Source: an uncultured delta proteobacterium | Lineage (GTDB): Bacteria > Desulfobacterota > Desulfobacteria > Desulfobacterales > UBA11574 | Direction: 5' to 3' | DNA: 64,000 nucleotides | Assembly: GCA_963752565.1 (NCBI GenBank) | Contig: CAVVZC010000018.1 | Coordinates: 7,039-71,038 of the forward strand | Notes under the pieces: generated by a model | Database searches by the model: none | What the model was told of the DNA's origin: nothing | The model's input: the letters and a program-made list of their open reading frames with translations, nothing else | Made by a program: the position numbers and the translations under genes | Part shown: piece after piece, positions 1 through 9,405 of the stretch | How positions within the stretch are numbered: the stretch's first letter is position 1 | Layout of the letters: each line of letters opens with the position of its first letter

Positions 1-147
1 TTCTTTGTATTTTTGTGAAAGATCGCCGCTTTCAAGGGCTTCCATTTCAATTCTGTCCATGTCTTGAAATGTTTTGATTCCGCTCTTTTGCATTTGCAAA
101 TTATACTTCTGTCTCAATTTTCTGGTTTCATCCGTGTCGATAAACAT
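1..147 (-). CDS. N-terminal fragment of a carboxymuconolactone decarboxylase/AhpD-like protein (3' end runs off the left window edge)
   Basis: ATG at 145-147 (minus) lies 6 nt downstream of AGGAGA, and the frame stays open to the window edge. Translation is MFIDTDETRKLRQKYNLQMQKSGIKTFQDMDRIEMEALESGDLSQKYKE. The G-x-L-x-x-K-x-KE stretch resembles the start of the CMD/AhpD core; the family call is from memory only. Confidence 0.35.
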   Translation of the reverse strand, partial: MFIDTDETRKLRQKYNLQMQKSGIKTFQDMDRIEMEALESGDLSQKYKE

Positions 148-265
148 TATCTGTCTCCTATCTCCAATTTATTACCAATAGTCACAAATCAACTGACCCA
201 GATTGTAAAATCAGCATGGATTTGAAGGATCAAAATGCATTTGCATTGGTATGTTTTGACTTAAT

Positions 266-580
266 TCAATCCACAAAGGAACAGCAGTAATCCGTTGTTC
301 TTTTAACCTTCAGTTCGAATTTGGATTGGGCCGGAACTTCAAACGTATCTCCCTCCTCAACCCATTTCCATTTATCAGATCCCGGAAGCAACACTTCCAG
401 ACCGCCACTGATAATCTCTATGATTTCCTTTTGATCGGTGTTAAATTCATATTCGCCCGAGAGCATAATCCCAAGCGTTTTTTTAGACCCATCCGGAAAT
501 AGAATGGACCGACTCGAAACCTTGCCGTCAAAATAGATATTTGCTGCTCTAACGACGGTTACATTGGTAAATTCTGACAT
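266..580 (-). CDS. ppnP: Pyrimidine/purine nucleoside phosphorylase PpnP (YaiE/DUF1255 cupin)
   Basis: 104-aa ORF with the characteristic N-terminus [21 protein letters not shown] and the small cupin length typical of the PpnP family. Confidence 0.8.
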   Translation of the reverse strand: MSEFTNVTVVRAANIYFDGKVSSRSILFPDGSKKTLGIMLSGEYEFNTDQKEIIEIISGGLEVLLPGSDKWKWVEEGDTFEVPAQSKFELKVKRTTDYCCSFVD

Positions 581-690
581 GGGGTTGTCCTTTTAGTTTA
601 ATGGGTATTTTGATTGTTGAAACATATTGTAGTACCTTCTCAGATCAGCTTTGAGAGCTCGTGTTCAAATATATTAAATATCAACTTCTA

Positions 691-1755
691 TTAATAACAA
701 AACTCCTTAAGATCATAGCTCTTTTTATATTGGGATTCAGGCATCGTCTTTCTTTTTCCGCTGAAGAACTCGATCAGTCTCATCAGAATCTCCGTGTAGA
801 CCGCATCCACTTGGTTTACAGATGCGTTTTCGAGAAGCGTTTTGATAAGAGTTGATTCGTGCGCCACACCGAATTCAAGGAGTTCGTTAAAAGCTTTAGC
901 CCACACAAGAAAATCCGTATTTTGCAATTGGGCAACCTGTGAACGCAAGTCGTCCTCTTGAGTTTGTTTTTTGGGTCCAGAATCCCTGTATGGCTGTTTT
1001 AGGTGCTTTTCGGCAGGCTTGTATTCAGCACGGTTTTTGTTTATACGCCACCAAATTTTTGCCTTTGTTACGTAGTACAACGGCGGTGTAAAGTCCATAT
1101 CTCCCGTTCGGGAAAAGGTATGACCCGTAATCTTGCCAAGCGTACGGGCAGAAACTTCCCTGACCTTTTTACTCTCATCGTCAAGGTAATTTGCCACTTT
1201 ACTCACAACAGATGTATCGGTGTAATGATACAGCGCGCGCAGGATATGAACCAATCGACCCTGTCTGTTTCTTCGGAGATATCTCTCATCCTCAAGAAGC
1301 TCGGCTATCTGAGGGGCAACGGCATATTTTACAAGATACCCATCCTCTGCCAGATCAACAAACATCCTGCGCAAACAGTCATTATCAATGGCCAGGAGTG
1401 CTGAAACCTCTTGAGGATCGGAAAGATCATACATGTTAATTAGCGACATGGCGCCGACTCTGCGCCCTGCGTAAAGTGGATGAATGAGGCAAATCCACGC
1501 CACACGTTTTGCGTGCAGGGTTTCTCCTTTTTGGTTAAGTGTCGTGATTAAAGTTTTCCAAGAAGCAACGCTGTCTGAGTCTAAGGATTTAGTAAAAAGC
1601 CCTTTCCTCAGAATGGTTGCAAGCCTGTATGAATCCATCGTTTCATGATTCACAGAATCATCAGCCGATGCTTGCACGGCAGGTAACAAAATTACCAAGA
1701 TAAAAACTAATCCAACAAAAAGTTTAATTTTATCTCCTGGCTTCAACTTTTTCAT
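691..1755 (-). CDS. Secreted hypothetical protein with HEAT-like repeat segment
   Basis: 354-aa ORF with an N-terminal signal-like hydrophobic segment (LFVGLVFILVILLPAVQASA). It has a helical-repeat-like stretch (DDESKKVREVSARTLGKITGH). I recognise no family. Confidence 0.55.
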   Translation of the reverse strand: MKKLKPGDKIKLFVGLVFILVILLPAVQASADDSVNHETMDSYRLATILRKGLFTKSLDSDSVASWKTLITTLNQKGETLHAKRVAWICLIHPLYAGRRVGAMSLINMYDLSDPQEVSALLAIDNDCLRRMFVDLAEDGYLVKYAVAPQIAELLEDERYLRRNRQGRLVHILRALYHYTDTSVVSKVANYLDDESKKVREVSARTLGKITGHTFSRTGDMDFTPPLYYVTKAKIWWRINKNRAEYKPAEKHLKQPYRDSGPKKQTQEDDLRSQVAQLQNTDFLVWAKAFNELLEFGVAHESTLIKTLLENASVNQVDAVYTEILMRLIEFFSGKRKTMPESQYKKSYDLKEFCY

Positions 1756-1953
1756 ACAATTAACTATCTCGAAATGAATAGAGCTTGCGCATAAGGCCTA
1801 CATAAAAAATACCCTGCCGCTGATACCCCATTGCCTTCGGCACGACTCCTACGGAGTCTTCGATATCAAGGGCTCGCAGTCCCGCTGTAAGCGGGAAAGC
1901 TTCGCCTTTGATGACTCAAATCCGGGCCATCCTCGACTTTCGTTCATTCAGGG

Positions 1954-2892
1954 TCAGGCTTTATCTATTTCCTTCTTTCTTTTGTCTTTTAAATAAATTG
2001 CTTTAGAGAAACCGTCACCCACTGATCTTTCTTCGATCTGAAAAAGCTTTGTGGCCGTCACCAGTTCCCCTAATTTTTTGTAACCATAGTTTCGCGGATC
2101 CCCCGGTTTGGGAAATGCTGACAGTCTGTTTCGCGGTGTTGTTGCTAACGTGTTGGTTGGTGCGTTTCGGATTGTAAACAAAAAGAAATAAATATTTTTA
2201 TGGACTTCCGAATTTAACGCCGTTTATCCTGAATCATTTTGTAAAAAGCAAGAACAATGCTATTTATCTGGTATTGATTTTATAGGGATCTTTGAAGGCA
2301 GGGTGCAAAAAAGCACATTTAGGTGCAAGATGGGCCCAGCCACTGTCATCCGAAGAAGCCTCAACTGCGTTTCTCAATAAGTTGACGAGTTTCGTATTTT
2401 GCTTAAGCTCCTTGGTTGTTTTGCGACGAATCGTCTCGGTATCGTCATCCTTGGATCGCAGCACTTCAGTGAATATAAACTTGTCACATGCGGAAACGAA
2501 TGCTTCAGGAGTTTTTTTTCCCCGAATCCATAAACAACAAGACCGGCCTCTCTTATCCTTGAGGCCAGCTTAGTAAAATCACTATCGCTGGATACAATGC
2601 AGAATCCGTCGAATTTACCCGCGTAAAGCAAGTCCATTGCGTCGATTATCATTGCACTATCGGTAGCATTTTTTCCCGAGGTATATCTAAACTGCTGTAT
2701 GGGCTGGATTGAACACTGTAATAGAACTTCTTTCCACCCCTTAAGGCCGGGCACCGTCCAGTCACCGTAAATTCTTTTTACATTGGCTGTCCCGTATTTT
2801 GCGATTTCCGATAGTAGGCCTTCAATAATAGAGGGCTGGGCATTATCTCCATCGATTAATACTGCCAATTTTTCAACTTTTCCGTTGGTCAT
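1954..2892 (-). pseudogene. Disrupted NYN (LabA/PIN-like) + OST-HTH/LOTUS domain gene, with one frameshift and one 190-bp insertion
   Basis: The NYN domain is intact (LAVLIDGDNA...GKNATDSAMIIDAMD...IVSSDSDFTKLA...VYGFGEKK). The frame is lost at an A8 run (2522-2529). The next frame continues with TPEAFVSACDKFIFTEVL...SGWAHLAPKCAFLHPAFKD and then hits a stop inside an inserted repeat. The LOTUS C-terminus (DPRNYGYKKLGELVTATKLFQIEE) resumes at 2100 in a third frame. Confidence 0.8.
2101..2320. repeat. Direct repeat copy 1 (220 bp): a 185-bp insert inside the NYN-LOTUS gene plus 35 bp of adjoining LOTUS coding sequence
   Basis: Aligns with 2946-3167. The last ~140 bp are identical. The first ~80 bp carry 7 substitutions and a 2-bp indel. 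GGATC occurs at 2096-2100 and 2286-2290. Confidence 0.9.
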
Positions 2893-2945
2893 GTTTTTTT
2901 CCTTTACGCGTCATATGTTTCTAATAAGCTCGAGACGAGCTGTTT

Positions 2946-3167
2946 CCCCGGTTTGGGGTAAATGATGACAGTCTTTTTCGCGGTATTGTCGCTAACGTGT
3001 TGGTTGATGCATTTTGGATTGTAAACAAAAAGAAATAAATATTTTTATGGACTTCCGAATTTAACGCCGTTTATCCTGAATCATTTTGTAAAAAGCAAGA
3101 ACAATGCTATTTATCTGGTATTGATTTTATAGGGATCTTTGAAGGCAGGGTGCAAAAAAGCACATTT
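2946..3167. repeat. Direct repeat copy 2 (222 bp), upstream of the NYN gene start
   Basis: Same sequence as 2101-2320, including the 35 bp that encode KCAFLHPAFKD in copy 1. Offset between copies is 845-847 bp. Confidence 0.9.
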
Positions 3168-3380
3168 TTATGTGCATCCCTGAATGATCGTAAACAAAAT
3201 GATCATTATTTATAATTTATTGGATTACGGATGGATATAGCTATTAAATAGATTCTGCTATGCTTGAAGGATAGATAAAGCCTTTCAAAGGCACGTCAGT
3301 GTTTTAATCGTTGCGTTTGTAACCGGGTGCATAGCATCCGGTTATCGGGGGATATACAGCATCCTCGACGTTTGCAGATT

Positions 3381-4166
3381 TTATTCCTCTTCTTTTAGTT
3401 TATCAGAAACAAATCCATAGATTCCTCTTTTTGAAGGAGAGGCGATCCATTTTTGCAAATAGTTAATTTCGGGGGTTTGAGGTAATTCCAGAGCTGTTAA
3501 ATCACGCGCCTTTCGCAAACATAAAAACGCTTCTGAAAGCAATTTGAGACGCTCACGTTTTATACCATCCCGGCGCAAACCGATTAAGTTAAGGCGATAG
3601 TGACGAACGACCGTACCTGCCACCATCATAAAGGGCAAAACATCTTTGCGTATCAATACTCCTCCTGCAAGCATTGCCAAAGAACCAATTCTGCAAAATT
3701 GATGAATCATGGCTCCTGCACCAAAAACAACGTTATCACCGACCTCAACAAATCCGCCTAAAGCTGTATAAGAAGCAAAAATACATCCATTCCCGATGAC
3801 ACAGTCATGCCCGATATGGATAGTACTCATAAAATAACACTTGGAACCCACTTGGGTCGATTTGCCCGCTCTTGTCGCTCTGTGGATCGTGCTTCCTTCC
3901 CTGAAAACATTGTCATCACCAATAACCGTATATGTTTCTATGGTTTTGTCGAAACTGATATCCTGGGGCAAGCCTCCAATGACCGCATACGGATGAACGA
4001 TATTATTCGATCCCATTTTTACATAACTGCGAATGAATGCATGAGATTCTATCAGACAATTATCTCCGATTTCCACATGATCTTCAACGACGGCATAAGC
4101 TCCAATTTTAACATTTTTACCAATTTTTGCTGTCGAGGCGATCTCGGCGGTTGGGTGAATATCCAT
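3381..4166 (-). CDS. lpxA: Acyl-ACP--UDP-N-acetylglucosamine O-acyltransferase (LpxA-type left-handed beta-helix)
   Basis: 261 aa with N-terminal hexapeptide repeats (IHPTAEIASTAKIGKNVKIGAYAVVEDHVEIGDNCLI) and a helical C-terminal domain. Length and layout are typical of LpxA. Confidence 0.75.
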   Translation of the reverse strand: MDIHPTAEIASTAKIGKNVKIGAYAVVEDHVEIGDNCLIESHAFIRSYVKMGSNNIVHPYAVIGGLPQDISFDKTIETYTVIGDDNVFREGSTIHRATRAGKSTQVGSKCYFMSTIHIGHDCVIGNGCIFASYTALGGFVEVGDNVVFGAGAMIHQFCRIGSLAMLAGGVLIRKDVLPFMMVAGTVVRHYRLNLIGLRRDGIKRERLKLLSEAFLCLRKARDLTALELPQTPEINYLQKWIASPSKRGIYGFVSDKLKEEE

Positions 4167-4373
4167 TTATACCTTTCCATGGTGATGAATTCGAAATTAG
4201 TTGTTTTAATAATTCCTGAGAAATGAGGTCTGGGTATTTGGTCCACAGTTACTTCTATGCGAAAATGAATGAAGATTCTTTGGCCGAATCTCAATTACCT
4301 AAAAGTGGAGAATTCGAACCGAAATCAGACGTATGTTATTTTGCCCCTGTGTAACATACCAACAAACCAACAA

Positions 4374-4643
4374 TTATTTCACAGCTTCCTTCAATGCCTT
4401 TCCTGCAACGAACTTCGGCACCTTACTTGCCGCAATATATATCTCTTCCCCGGTCTGAGGATTTCTGCCTTTACGAGCCTTTCTTTCAGCCACTTTAAAT
4501 GAGCCGAATCCAATCAATGATACAGAATCTCCTTTTTCCAATGCATTGGTAATGCTTGAAAGAACACAGTCCACAGCCGTCTGAGCATCCTTTTTGGTTT
4601 TAAGGACCTTTGAAACTTTATTGACTAGGTCTTTTTTGTTCAT
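4374..4643 (-). CDS. hup: HU family DNA-binding protein
   Basis: 89 aa, [11 protein letters not shown]...[44 protein letters not shown], a canonical HU/IHF signature. Confidence 0.92.
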   Translation of the reverse strand: MNKKDLVNKVSKVLKTKKDAQTAVDCVLSSITNALEKGDSVSLIGFGSFKVAERKARKGRNPQTGEEIYIAASKVPKFVAGKALKEAVK

Positions 4644-4804
4644 TTTTTTTCTCCTTTCTTGATAATATTACAGTATATTACAGAGAGTATAACGATCCCC
4701 TTTTTTAAGATTTATTATATCCACTTCCGATTTTAAAACCGTTGTTAGGTGTTATTTATATACAACTGATGATCACCACGGTTCTTATGTCCGAGTGTCG
4801 CTTA

Positions 4805-5116
4805 CTAAAAGCGTCGCCGTCCTCCTCCGCCATGCCTTGGTCCTCCACCTCTTGAACCACCTCGACGGCTATCAGAGCGAGGGCGGGCTTCATTGACATT
4901 AAGGCTCCGGCCTATCAAATCCTTCCCATTCAAGCCTTCGATTGCAGACTGTGCTTCAGATTTGGCGGGCATCTCCACAAATCCAAACCCTTTTGATCTG
5001 CCGGTGTAATTGTCTTTTATAACCTTGACGGTATCGACATTTCCAAAGACCTCAAAAGCTTTTTTTAAATCCTCTTCGGTCACCTCATATGATAGATTCC
5101 CTACATAAATATTCAT
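4805..5116 (-). CDS. RRM-type RNA-binding protein with Arg/Gly-rich tail
   Basis: RNP2 (IYVGNL) and RNP1 (KGFGFVEM) motifs are present. The C-terminus is RRGGSRGGGPRHGGGGRRRF. Confidence 0.9.
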   Translation of the reverse strand: MNIYVGNLSYEVTEEDLKKAFEVFGNVDTVKVIKDNYTGRSKGFGFVEMPAKSEAQSAIEGLNGKDLIGRSLNVNEARPRSDSRRGGSRGGGPRHGGGGRRRF

Positions 5117-5452
5117 TCTGATCTCCTTCGAATAAAGATAATTTTAAAGGTTGTTTTTCTCGACATTTAAGACTGCTATCAATTAAATATCACTGCAAAT
5201 TACGTTTGTAAATTGTAGGTAATTTGGCGTTCGATTTTTCCAAGATAATGTGGAAGTCAATAAATCGGCTTACAATTCTTTATCATTTCCAATCTTCAAA
5301 CAAAATGTGCACGAATAAATTAAAATTAATCGATAAAAGAAAGAAATGAACGCCTCTGAAGTAAGAAGCTGATCTAGCTTTCTTCGCAAGATGGTGCGTT
5401 CCTGATGTATAATTGTAAGTATTAAGATAGAAAAGTATTGTGCATTTCCAAA

Positions 5453-5698
5453 TTAATAGGATTTGAGAGGCTGTAAGTTGATGGCTTGTGTGCCTTTAGA
5501 GGTTTCTTTTAATTCAAAAGATACAGGGTCACCCTTTTGTAAACCGAAATGCCCAAATTCCTTGATGCCCGATTTATGAACAAAAACGTCCCCATGTTCT
5601 TCAGTGTGTATAAAACCATAGCCTTTTTTTTCACTGTACGATTTGACAGTATCCTTCCATCTAATGTTTTTCCTTTCCTTGTATCTTGTCTTGTACAA
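5453..5698 (-). CDS. Cold-shock domain (CspA-family) protein; start codon uncertain
   Basis: CSD motifs KKGYGFI (RNP1) and DVFVH (RNP2) are present. The only in-frame start after the upstream stop (5711-5713) is TTG at 5698, with no obvious Shine-Dalgarno. Confidence 0.65.
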   Translation of the reverse strand: MYKTRYKERKNIRWKDTVKSYSEKKGYGFIHTEEHGDVFVHKSGIKEFGHFGLQKGDPVSFELKETSKGTQAINLQPLKSY

Positions 5699-6356
5699 AC
5701 GCTCAGGAGGTCAATTTGAAGGGGGGCCAAAAAAAAATAAGTTCTTTGTACAGGCCCCAAAATAAATACCAGAAATATAAACAAGTAGTGAATGGTAGAA
5801 TCAGTTAATTCTTAAATTAATCCATTCGTAATAATAAGTCAATAGTTTGACCTGAAAAATAATCCAGTTTTTGATTATGAATTATAGATGTGATTGATCA
5901 ATTCATTCCAGATAACTTGTGTAAAAACCAAACGAACGCCAGATAACTTTTATAGTGACCACGCCATAAGGACGTGGTCACTGATTGGAGGACATCTGAC
6001 ACCCTTTAATATATTTGACAGTCTGCTCGCTTTCTTTCATGGTAAGGAACTTAAGGAAAAGAGCTGGAACCCAAGCAATACGTATATAGTGAAATCAGGT
6101 TTAAATCCGTGTGCGTTATAAATTCAGGATAGCTATTGTTGATTTATAATATTATAACCTGAAAAGGGTCATCATTTTCTTTAAATCTCAGAAGCTTAAA
6201 CATTCGATATTCAACAAATTAACTTAACTGAATCTTAATTGAATCGGATCATTTTATTCTCTGCTGGACGATCGGTTGTGCAATAGCGCCAGCCTGTATG
6301 AAATTGGTCACTGAAAGGTATCGAAATTCAAAAAAGTCTTTTGGCAAAATCATGAT

Positions 6357-6638
6357 TTAGTAGCCTAAATTGAAGTCACCCGCCTGACCAAAAGCATCCA
6401 CCTTTCCATCCAGCAACCTGACATAATATACATTGGTGTAAAATCCCCCTGTTGTAAGGTGATAGTTAAGATATTCTGTATTCTTTTTGGCACTGCTGCT
6501 TGTAGGTTCACCAATGTTTTCAATGACTTCTTTTTTGGTCATACCAAGTTTTAGTTGATTCATTTTTTTGGACGATCCTGCACAGCCAAAAAGGAAAGCA
6601 ACAGATAGAAGTATTACGATAATACGATAAGGTTTCAT
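6357..6638 (-). CDS. Small lipoprotein, BamE/SmpA_OmlA-like
   Basis: Signal peptide with lipobox LFGC|AGS, followed by LKLGMTKKEVIENIGEP, which is typical of SmpA/OmlA-fold lipoproteins. Confidence 0.6.
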   Translation of the reverse strand: MKPYRIIVILLSVAFLFGCAGSSKKMNQLKLGMTKKEVIENIGEPTSSSAKKNTEYLNYHLTTGGFYTNVYYVRLLDGKVDAFGQAGDFNLGY

Positions 6639-7258
6639 ATTAATCCCCCTGCAAATAAGTAATAATTGAGATGCGTTAAGTGATATTGAATCTTATCCAT
6701 CTTTCGGTTAAAGGTTATTCATGTTCTTTTTTATCGTGTTTTATTGAGAATTATTTTGATGTGTTCTTGAAACAGTATGTAAATTATCAAAATATAAAAT
6801 ACGAAAAAGAATGTCAATAATTGTAAAATGTTTCATCTCACATTAAAGACAAAAAAACAAATCCAAACGGATCTCAAACCACCACAAAATTAGGTGTATT
6901 ATGCCCTGAAATATGTGGAAAAAACTGTTCCTAAAAGTGGATTCTCATATTCGGACTAAAGATGAGTTTCTGTCTGAAATTGAACAACAAACCCTGATGT
7001 TTTTGTGATGGATCTGGATTCAAAGATTGACGGGATTGAAACTTCGGGAAAGATAAGGTCTCAGTTTGCTGTTGCGGTTATATGTTTGTACCTAACCTGA
7101 TGCATTGACCTGAATATTTTATCAAAGTATCGTGAATGCATACCTGTAATAGGGGGGGATGAAAGCGTCCGGGCAAATGATCATTACAACCTGTTGACCA
7201 ACGCCTGCCATTCCCCGCCCTATCGACGGGTATGCCAGTTTTAAAGCCAAAGGTATCC

Positions 7259-7915
7259 TTATCCCTTTGCTAAGATGTTATCGAGCCGCTCCAGGTCATT
7301 TATTACCCGCCACGTGCCCCCCCCTTCCTTTACTGTCTTTTCCTGCCACTGTTTGACACGGGCCAAATATTTTTTTGGATCCTGATTGTCGGCGCGCAGC
7401 TTAGTTACGTTAAGTGCAATGATATGGAATCCGGACAGTTCAAACGGAACATCCCTTACATACCCTTTGGCCAGTTCTTCCTGAAGATCTGAAAATATCA
7501 GAATGTATTTATTGGCCGATCCGGATTCATTCAGATACTCAATAGCCTGAAGCATGCCACCGGAGATATCGGTGTAGCTGCTTTGTCGAACACCCGTTAC
7601 AAAGGTATTGACGCTGTTTTGAAAAGCACGCTTCTGGTTATTGGCCACCGATGGTCTGGCATCAAATGTGACCTTGGCGACAATGTCTTTTTCACTGAAA
7701 CTGCCGGTATCGATTCGTCCCACAGCCATGGTGTCTCCGGGCTGTAACGTGCCCAGGAGGTAGTTGATGATTAAACGGGCTTTCTTCAACTCCACAGCAT
7801 AGGTTCCCGACGTATCCAAAAGCATGTAGACCCCTTTTGCCCGGTTCGATTGTTGTGAGCAGCCGGTGGTCAAAAGGATTAAAAAACCGATGAGCCAAAA
7901 TCGAAAATATTTCAT
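7259..7915 (-). CDS. vWA-domain lipoprotein
   Basis: Start taken at the internal ATG (MKYFRFWLIGFLILLTTGC|SQQ, lipobox), which overlaps the upstream stop as ATGA. MIDAS-like DTSGT sits in VYMLLDTSGTY. Later motifs (YTDISGG, ILIFSDLQE) fit a vWA fold. Confidence 0.7.
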   Translation of the reverse strand: MKYFRFWLIGFLILLTTGCSQQSNRAKGVYMLLDTSGTYAVELKKARLIINYLLGTLQPGDTMAVGRIDTGSFSEKDIVAKVTFDARPSVANNQKRAFQNSVNTFVTGVRQSSYTDISGGMLQAIEYLNESGSANKYILIFSDLQEELAKGYVRDVPFELSGFHIIALNVTKLRADNQDPKKYLARVKQWQEKTVKEGGGTWRVINDLERLDNILAKG

Positions 7916-9405
7916 TTTGCCATCTCCTTGTTCTCGGTCAGTGGATCCACAGCGGGCATGGCCCCCGAGCCGATCGTCTTCTCTTTCTCTGCGGGGTTGT
8001 CTTTGGTTTGAGTCCGAAACAGGCTTTGGGTCACAACCCCCTCCAGCCAAAGCGCCGGAAAAATAACCAGATCGTAAAGGTTTATCATCAACCGCCCGGT
8101 GTAGTACCCGAGCAGGCCGGTCAGTCGCAATGCAAAGGTTAAGGAACGGAGCACCCAAGCAGTGATTAGGCCCAAAATGGTTCGGGAAGATGCCACAAAG
8201 GATTCCAAAGGTATGGCCACAAAGGTGAGAATAAACGGCAAAATAAAGCCCATCACCATCTGTCCAACCATTGGGATCACACTTCCGGCTACAGAACTGG
8301 GTGCTACACCTGCCAGGCTCTGACGCAATGCCTCCATATCACCTGCAATCCGGTCGCGCATAAAGGCCAGCGCCGATTCCACACCGGCTAAAATGGCCAG
8401 CAGGCTCAAAGCGATCCAGAACAGCATCATACGCATGCGATCGTCCATGCTGCCAATGATAGGAAACAGTCGCGTGATACGCAGCGACTCCATCAAAAAA
8501 ATACCGGTACAGATCTCAAGACAGATGATTACCAAACCGGCGATATCTGATGTCTTGTAGGGGCCGAGATAACTGGCGCCACCCACCATTTCTGACATCG
8601 GCAGAGCGATGAGATTAAAATTAATTATGGCGCCGCCTAGAGCAATTAGAAGAACCGCGCCGGAAATGAAAAACTGAGTCATCGAGGAAGAAGAAAGCGT
8701 TCGCATGGCCGAGTCGGTCTGTTCGCGGATCTGTTCATAGTTGTCCATGTAACGATCGATTCGTTTGGCCCGAAAGTTCAAATCAGACAAGGATTTATTC
8801 AAACCGCCGAGGGTCTTTTTTATGGCGCGCAATAAAGGCAGCATTCGATTGAGGATCGCATGACGATTGGAAGCATCAATGCGGTGCTGTTCGAGCGCTT
8901 TTATCTGCTGTTGGGATAAAGTCTGATGAATGTCGTCCAGCATATTGCCGACGATAGGGTCGTTGCTGGGTCGAATACTTGCAATCGCTTTAATGACCTT
9001 AACCCAATCAGGCAACGTCTGAGGAATTTCAACGCTATTTTGGTGGTCTTCGTCAAGTTTGACGAGGTTCTCGTTCAGCTGGCGTTGAAGCTGAGGATAT
9101 CCCTCCAAGTCTCGTTGTACCGCAGTGGAGATACGTTCAAACTCCCTTTCCACACAGCGTTCGGCATGTTGGCGCCCGGCACTGAGCAATACATCCCGGT
9201 TGCGATCGTTTAGGCGCTTTTCAGCCAGTTTGACCGAAGTAGCAAAAAGCCGCATGCTATTTCTAATAATCATGCTTAAAGATGCCAGGCAGCGATGACT
9301 CGGTTTACGCGCCAAATACATTGCTGCAATAATTAAAACGATCCACATGAAAGTGGAAAGAAAGGGGCTGGCGGTAATCGTTGGTAAAAATCCGGTGGTT
9401 GTCAT
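7912..9405 (-). CDS. Polytopic membrane protein with long cytoplasmic coiled-coil region, unknown family
   Basis: 497-aa ORF with one N-terminal TM, ~220 aa of charged helical sequence, and about 6 hydrophobic segments. Its stop overlaps the vWA lipoprotein start (ATGA). Confidence 0.7.
   Translation of the reverse strand: MTTTGFLPTITASPFLSTFMWIVLIIAAMYLARKPSHRCLASLSMIIRNSMRLFATSVKLAEKRLNDRNRDVLLSAGRQHAERCVEREFERISTAVQRDLEGYPQLQRQLNENLVKLDEDHQNSVEIPQTLPDWVKVIKAIASIRPSNDPIVGNMLDDIHQTLSQQQIKALEQHRIDASNRHAILNRMLPLLRAIKKTLGGLNKSLSDLNFRAKRIDRYMDNYEQIREQTDSAMRTLSSSSMTQFFISGAVLLIALGGAIINFNLIALPMSEMVGGASYLGPYKTSDIAGLVIICLEICTGIFLMESLRITRLFPIIGSMDDRMRMMLFWIALSLLAILAGVESALAFMRDRIAGDMEALRQSLAGVAPSSVAGSVIPMVGQMVMGFILPFILTFVAIPLESFVASSRTILGLITAWVLRSLTFALRLTGLLGYYTGRLMINLYDLVIFPALWLEGVVTQSLFRTQTKDNPAEKEKTIGSGAMPAVDPLTENKEMAK

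Noticed and set aside
2101-3167. The 220-bp direct repeats as a diversity-generating retroelement TR/VR pair
   Set aside because: The seven substitutions are of mixed types rather than adenine-specific. They cluster in non-coding-looking sequence, and no reverse transcriptase is nearby.
4296-4335. GGTTCGAAT-like T-loop box (minus strand) suggesting a tRNA
   Set aside because: The flanking bases do not form a T-stem, acceptor stem or anticodon arm. No cloverleaf can be drawn.
7916-8158. N-terminal 81-residue extension of the vWA lipoprotein ORF (ORF track 7259..8158)
   Set aside because: The extension is Arg/Gly/Pro-rich and lies entirely inside the 3' end of the upstream membrane-protein gene in another frame. 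The internal ATG at 7915 gives a proper signal peptide and lipobox, plus an ATGA coupling overlap.
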